Shown in pieces: positions 16,937 through 20,000 of a DNA stretch of 20,000 nucleotides. The translations under genes were made by a program, and so were the position numbers. The notes under the pieces were generated by a model that made no database searches, was not told the origin of the DNA, and saw only the letters and a list, made by a program, of their open reading frames with translations. The stretch comes from an uncultured virus (IMG/VR IMGVR_UViG_3300006803_000022) (lineage: Duplodnaviria; Heunggongvirae; Uroviricota; Caudoviricetes): IMG/VR virus record IMGVR_UViG_3300006803_000022. The stretch is one strand, 5' to 3'. The first letter of the stretch is position 1, and every line of letters begins with the position of its first letter.

Positions 16937-17079
16937 TACATATCCTTTAGTTTTATTTGATTTACGATTACTTCGATGTTATACCGTAGGATTCCTAGAT
17001 CGTCTAGATCCTTGTCGGTTAGAGACATGAGTTCTCTTCGTGTTCGTTTCCGTGCTTTCCACAGTTTGTATAGTTTCAT
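16936..17079 (-). CDS. DUF1127 (YjiS-like) small basic protein (47 aa), not in ORF track
   Basis: Manual translation MKLYKLWKARKRTRRELMSLTDKDLDDLGILRYNIEVIVNQIKLKDM fits the DUF1127 pattern W..R.RTRREL..L.D..L.DIG..R.DI; coupled by ATGA upstream and TAATG downstream. Confidence 0.8.
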   Translation of the reverse strand: MKLYKLWKARKRTRRELMSLTDKDLDDLGILRYNIEVIVNQIKLKDM

Positions 17080-17207
17080 GTTACCTTGTCTAGTCCGAGC
17101 ATTATACTTTCGTACATTTCCCAGTCTTCCGCTATTGCTGCTTGATCTAGTAGTTCGTATAAGCTTTCGATATACTCTTCATCATCTAACAACTGCTCAT
17201 CATTCAT
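17076..17207 (-). CDS. small acidic protein (43 aa), not in ORF track
   Basis: MNDEQLLDDEEYIESLYELLDQAAIAEDWEMYESIMLGLDKVT; ATGA overlaps at both ends. Confidence 0.7.
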   Translation of the reverse strand: MNDEQLLDDEEYIESLYELLDQAAIAEDWEMYESIMLGLDKVT

Positions 17208-17398
17208 AGTGGGTTCCAATCTGGGTCTAGCCTGTTGTAAATTGTTTCTCTCGTTACTCTTACTACGGCTATATTTCTTACTTTCTTGTTACTGATACGT
17301 TCCATGGCCTCTTGTTCTGTCGGGATTCGATCAAAGAGGAGTGTCTGTTGTCCTGTCATGTCGATCAGGTACACTTGGTAGTATCGTTCATTCAGCAT
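17204..17398 (-). CDS. hypothetical protein (64 aa)
   Basis: Start moved to ATG 17398 (MLNERYY), after AGGGGAAG. Confidence 0.7.
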   Translation of the reverse strand: MLNERYYQVYLIDMTGQQTLLFDRIPTEQEAMERISNKKVRNIAVVRVTRETIYNRLDPDWNPL

Positions 17399-17600
17399 TG
17401 TCGGCTTCCCCTGTTCGGATTTCACGTTTGTGTATCTTGTCTAAGAGTTTCTGTCGGAAGTCATGGCAATCACAGCAGCCACATTGCATGCGCTTACTCT
17501 TCTTACCTTTCATCTTGACTCCCCCTGCGGATGGGTGAATTGGTCCTTTCGTGGAGCGGTGCTTTTGATTACGACCACTTCCGTATACTTGGGATTTCAT
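17388..17600 (-). CDS. basic Cys-containing hypothetical protein (70 aa)
   Basis: Start moved to ATG 17600, after AAAAGGAAG (the longer version overlaps the tRNA); CGCCDCH motif. Confidence 0.7.
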   Translation of the reverse strand: MKSQVYGSGRNQKHRSTKGPIHPSAGGVKMKGKKSKRMQCGCCDCHDFRQKLLDKIHKREIRTGEADNAE

Positions 17601-17615
17601 ATCACTTCCTTTTGT

Positions 17616-17691
17616 TGGCAGCATCGCTCGGATTCGAACCGAGGACCTAGGGCTTAGAAGGCACTTGCTCTATCCGCTGAGCTACGACGCT
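17616..17691 (-). tRNA. tRNA-Arg(UCU)
   Basis: 76 nt. Acceptor AGCGTCG/CGATGCT, D arm GCTC..GAGC, anticodon loop CTTCTAA, T arm CTCGG-TTCGAAT-CCGAG, encoded CCA. One T-C mismatch in the anticodon stem. Confidence 0.92.
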
Positions 17692-17699
17692 ATAGGTTA

Positions 17700-17804
17700 T
17701 GACGCGACTAGGATTTGAACCTAGACTCCGGACGGGTAAAAGAACTCAGTATACAATTGCTGCAGGTTTACCGTTCCCGGGTGCTACCGTTACACTACCG
17801 CGTC
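17700..17804 (-). ncRNA. tRNA-like RNA with anticodon loop replaced by a long structured insert
   Basis: Acceptor GACGCGG/TCGCGTC, D arm GTGT-AACGGTA-GCAC, T arm CTAGG-TTCAAAT-CCTAG. Between them CCGG-GA-ACGG-TAAA-(26 nt)-TTTA-C-CCGT-CCGG. No encoded CCA. Confidence 0.75.
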
Positions 17805-17811
17805 ATATTTC

Positions 17812-18033
17812 TTACTCGTAATATTCTAACTCAAGCCTACGAAATGCATCGTCAATTGATTTAGCAGGAATCTCAACGAATCCTTGTGGTGACCTGCGTC
17901 CTAAGAGTGGGATTACCATGTCGGCGTATAGTTGAAACACTTGAAAGCCTCCTGATCTTGTCTTACGCACTACATTAAGTGCTGGCTTCGGTGCTTTGTA
18001 CTCGAACTTCTTCTTTTTCATAGTCTTGTCCAT
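17812..18033 (-). CDS. hypothetical basic protein
   Basis: 73-aa ORF; the start could instead be ATG 18021. Confidence 0.7.
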   Translation of the reverse strand: MDKTMKKKKFEYKAPKPALNVVRKTRSGGFQVFQLYADMVIPLLGRRSPQGFVEIPAKSIDDAFRRLELEYYE

Positions 18034-18042
18034 ATATGGGAG

Positions 18043-18077
18043 AAATTAAGCGCAGCCCCCTCTACAGGGGACCACAC
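18043..18077 (-). terminator. probable intrinsic terminator
   Basis: Minus strand GTGTGGTCCCCT-GTAG-AGGGGGCTGCGC (12 bp with G-U pairs) followed by TTAATTT. Confidence 0.55.
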
Positions 18078-18104
18078 ACGCAATAACCCCAAGCGCGATA
18101 GCGC

Positions 18105-18431
18105 TCAGGTAGGGTCAGACGGTACGATTTGAACTGGGACGATTGTCAAGTTCTGTCCTTCAATGGCATGGCATTCAGAGTTATCATCCATAATGAAGTG
18201 TACCATGAAGTCTCCATTGTCTCGTGTGAAGATCTTAAGCAATGGTCGTTCATCATCACCAACAAGATATACATTGTTGTAGCCAGCTCGTGCTGAATCC
18301 TGTGTCATAACAATTGAACTTTGACATGGCCCAATAGTTACTTGTTGTGCTCCGTACTCAGGCTCAGCCACTTGAGCTACTGCTGGTGTACATAGTGAGA
18401 GTGCTAGGAGTGTTGTGTATAGTAGTTTCAT
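18105..18431 (-). CDS. secreted/periplasmic protein with Sec signal peptide
   Basis: MKLLYTTLLALSLCTPAVA|Q with an AxA cleavage site; two Cys in the mature part. Confidence 0.8.
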   Translation of the reverse strand: MKLLYTTLLALSLCTPAVAQVAEPEYGAQQVTIGPCQSSIVMTQDSARAGYNNVYLVGDDERPLLKIFTRDNGDFMVHFIMDDNSECHAIEGQNLTIVPVQIVPSDPT

Positions 18432-18826
18432 CGTCTTATCCTTTTATCTATTTCTGTTAAGTAAGCTATCTGCCTAAGCAAATATGTGTTGAGGCCGGGT
18501 GCTTTCTCCGGTAGTTGAGATAGTCCTGAACCTAGTCCGTTCAGCGGGATGATTACAGTACCACCCTTGGCGATCTTACCGAATACTGCAGAGAAGTCAT
18601 TAAATATGATCTTAGATTGTTCCAAGAACTTCTCGTCATTGAAGAATGCATTCGGGTGGTTGGATGGAGACACTTTAGTTGCGATACCATGAGCGTTAGG
18701 TTCACCTCGCATCTCCTTCGCTTGACCACCCCTGCCGATACGATCTACGTTGTCACCAAATAAGTACATGATGTCGGGGTTAGCCTGTAGATCATCTCTA
18801 TAGATCCATCTTTGATAGATAATCAA
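18428..18826 (-). CDS. conserved phage protein, possible macrodomain-like fold
   Basis: YLFGDN..R.G.GGQA.EMRGEPNA.GI.TK and IIP.NGLGSGL motifs; TTG start after AAAGGA. Confidence 0.65.
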   Translation of the reverse strand: MIIYQRWIYRDDLQANPDIMYLFGDNVDRIGRGGQAKEMRGEPNAHGIATKVSPSNHPNAFFNDEKFLEQSKIIFNDFSAVFGKIAKGGTVIIPLNGLGSGLSQLPEKAPGLNTYLLRQIAYLTEIDKRIRR

Positions 18827-19043
18827 TATTCCATTCCTTTATGATTTCTTTCAGTTTGTAAATCTCGGCCTCGGCTTTTTGCTGTGCTTCGTAAGCCTCT
18901 TGTGCTTGTCCAAGGTCAGCTAGAGATTGCATCTTGGCTTCTTTTAAGTCAGCTTCAAGCTCAGCGATGTATGCGAGAACTCTTGTTGAGGTGTAGAGTA
19001 AGTCAACCTCATCCTTGGTCATGACTTTATTAGCTTTTCCCAT
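18798..19043 (-). CDS. coiled-coil hypothetical protein (81 aa)
   Basis: Heptad-like A/E/Q-rich sequence; overlaps both neighbours. Confidence 0.7.
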   Translation of the reverse strand: MGKANKVMTKDEVDLLYTSTRVLAYIAELEADLKEAKMQSLADLGQAQEAYEAQQKAEAEIYKLKEIIKEWNIDYLSKMDL

Positions 19044-19207
19044 GACTTCTCATCGAAGTGAGGGCATTCAGGGAATGAAGTATAAGAGATGGGCAGTCCG
19101 AATTCGGATGCTGCCTGTTGAATATCATTGCTGCTGAACCTGTCACAATCAGTCATCTTACACTCTAGGTGACAGCAGTAGCTTCGATCTCTGTAACATA
19201 GTGCCAT
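19019..19207 (-). CDS. small Cys-rich protein (62 aa)
   Basis: Start moved to ATG 19207, after AGAAAAGGA; CYRDRSYCCHLECKMTDC...ECPH. Confidence 0.7.
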   Translation of the reverse strand: MALCYRDRSYCCHLECKMTDCDRFSSNDIQQAASEFGLPISYTSFPECPHFDEKSWEKLIKS

Positions 19208-19221
19208 TGTGTTATCCTTTT

Positions 19222-19281
19222 CTACTTTGTCGGACCGTAACAGATCCATGCGAAGATTATGAGTAGACAGATCCAGAGCAT
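19222..19281 (-). CDS. hydrophobic micropeptide (19 aa), not in ORF track
   Basis: MLWICLLIIFAWICYGPTK; start is coupled by TGATG, and the stop lies within the next gene's RBS region. Confidence 0.55.
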   Translation of the reverse strand: MLWICLLIIFAWICYGPTK

Positions 19282-19520
19282 CATGCTGTGGTGTTCCAAT
19301 CCTTCTTGATGGACAGTTCAAAGTTCATCTGTTCTGGCTTAGCTGAACATGAGACTTTGTAGATCTCCATGCTGATATCAGCAGAAGTGACGCCATTCTC
19401 GTCAGAACCGTTGTCTTCTGCTACGACTGACATGTGCATCTTCAGCGTTTCTAGTTCATTGAAGATCTCTACTGCGTGAGTCTCCCAGTCGATTGCTAGG
19501 TACCTTGTCTTATTAGCCAT
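19281..19520 (-). CDS. hypothetical protein (79 aa)
   Basis: AAAGGA RBS; part of the tightly packed minus-strand run. Confidence 0.75.
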   Translation of the reverse strand: MANKTRYLAIDWETHAVEIFNELETLKMHMSVVAEDNGSDENGVTSADISMEIYKVSCSAKPEQMNFELSIKKDWNTTA

Positions 19521-19559
19521 CTTTCTTTGTCCTTTATAAGTGCGTTCATGTCGAGTTCC

Positions 19560-19628
19560 TTAGATGAAGGGTGAGAGGAGAGCCAGCAGAACCAGCACTC
19601 CCCACATTATCCATACGATTACGTTCAT
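19560..19628 (-). CDS. hydrophobic micropeptide (22 aa), not in ORF track
   Basis: MNVIVWIMWGVLVLLALLSPFI; TAATG coupling to the upstream gene. Confidence 0.55.
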   Translation of the reverse strand: MNVIVWIMWGVLVLLALLSPFI

Positions 19629-19999
19629 TATGGCGAACGATTGCCGTGTGTACCCTTATCATTGTTCTTCGAGGTATCGCGGTCCTTACCACCCTTGCCG
19701 TCGTTGTTGTCAGCCTTCTCGCTTGCATGGTTAGATGCATTCGACTTAGGCTTCTTGTCACGCTTGGGCTTGTCATCTTTAGGATCATTGTCATCGCCGG
19801 GGTTGTCATCATCGTTATCGTCATCGTCTGTAGTTGTAGTAGTAGTGGTGGTTGTGCCGTCAGGGCTATCAGAACGGTCACGGGTGTACGGTGTGTCTGC
19901 TGTTGGGCAGCTGTACCATAGAGTGGTGTAGAGGATGCCCATAGGCGTACATAGTGGTCGTGTGATCTCAGGCTCGTCCCAAGGTGAGGACAGGGAGCC
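19628..19999 (-). CDS. low-complexity Thr/Asp/Lys-rich protein, probably 5'-truncated by the window edge
   Basis: The frame stays open beyond ATG 19942 to the edge (GSLSSPWDEPEITRPLCTP-MGIL...); T9 run, D/N/P tract, K/G/N tail. Confidence 0.7.
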   Translation of the reverse strand, partial: GSLSSPWDEPEITRPLCTPMGILYTTLWYSCPTADTPYTRDRSDSPDGTTTTTTTTTDDDDNDDDNPGDDNDPKDDKPKRDKKPKSNASNHASEKADNNDGKGGKDRDTSKNNDKGTHGNRSP

Positions 20000-20000
20000 A

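Noticed and set aside
17700..17804. Interpretation as tmRNA, tRNA-Sec/Ser/Leu or a group I intron-containing tRNA
   Set aside because: Too short for tmRNA or a group I intron; the extra sequence is in the anticodon arm, not the variable arm.
19240..19275. Direct repeat ACAGATCCA x2 as an operator or CRISPR-like repeat
   Set aside because: Only two 9-bp copies, and both encode Trp-Ile-Cys in the 19-aa micropeptide.
19496..19549. 17-aa ORF MNALIKDKERWLIRQGT after TAAGGA
   Set aside because: It has a plausible RBS but is very short, featureless and overlaps the next gene; not enough support.
19546..19931. Three alternative long ORFs over the low-complexity region
   Set aside because: Repetitive sequence lacks stops in several frames; the 19628 minus frame is the one coupled by TAATG to a downstream ORF and open to the window edge.

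Overview
This is a 20-kb segment of a tailed dsDNA bacteriophage genome, encoded almost entirely on the minus strand. Left half (1-10083): a T7-type replisome (primase-helicase, GIY-YIG endonuclease, 5'-3' exonuclease, family A DNA polymerase) and a nucleotide-metabolism block (class II B12-dependent RNR, glutaredoxin, ThyX, MazG/PRA-PH-like pyrophosphohydrolase, P-loop kinase). A single plus-strand gene, probably a small terminase subunit, sits in the middle with its own terminator. It is preceded by an inverted pair of TGYCCCCWTATAGG motifs that look like divergent phage promoters. Right half: Gp88-like protein, rIIA/rIIB, SSB, many small early genes and tRNA-Arg(UCU). Reading the sequence directly also gave several items missing from the ORF track: a 105-nt tRNA-like RNA whose anticodon loop is replaced by a long structured insert, a 47-aa DUF1127-like protein, a 51-aa zinc-ribbon protein and three hydrophobic micro-ORFs. 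Class II RNR plus DUF1127 suggest (inference) an alphaproteobacterial, possibly Rhodobacteraceae, host. All calls come from motif recognition by eye; no searches were run.
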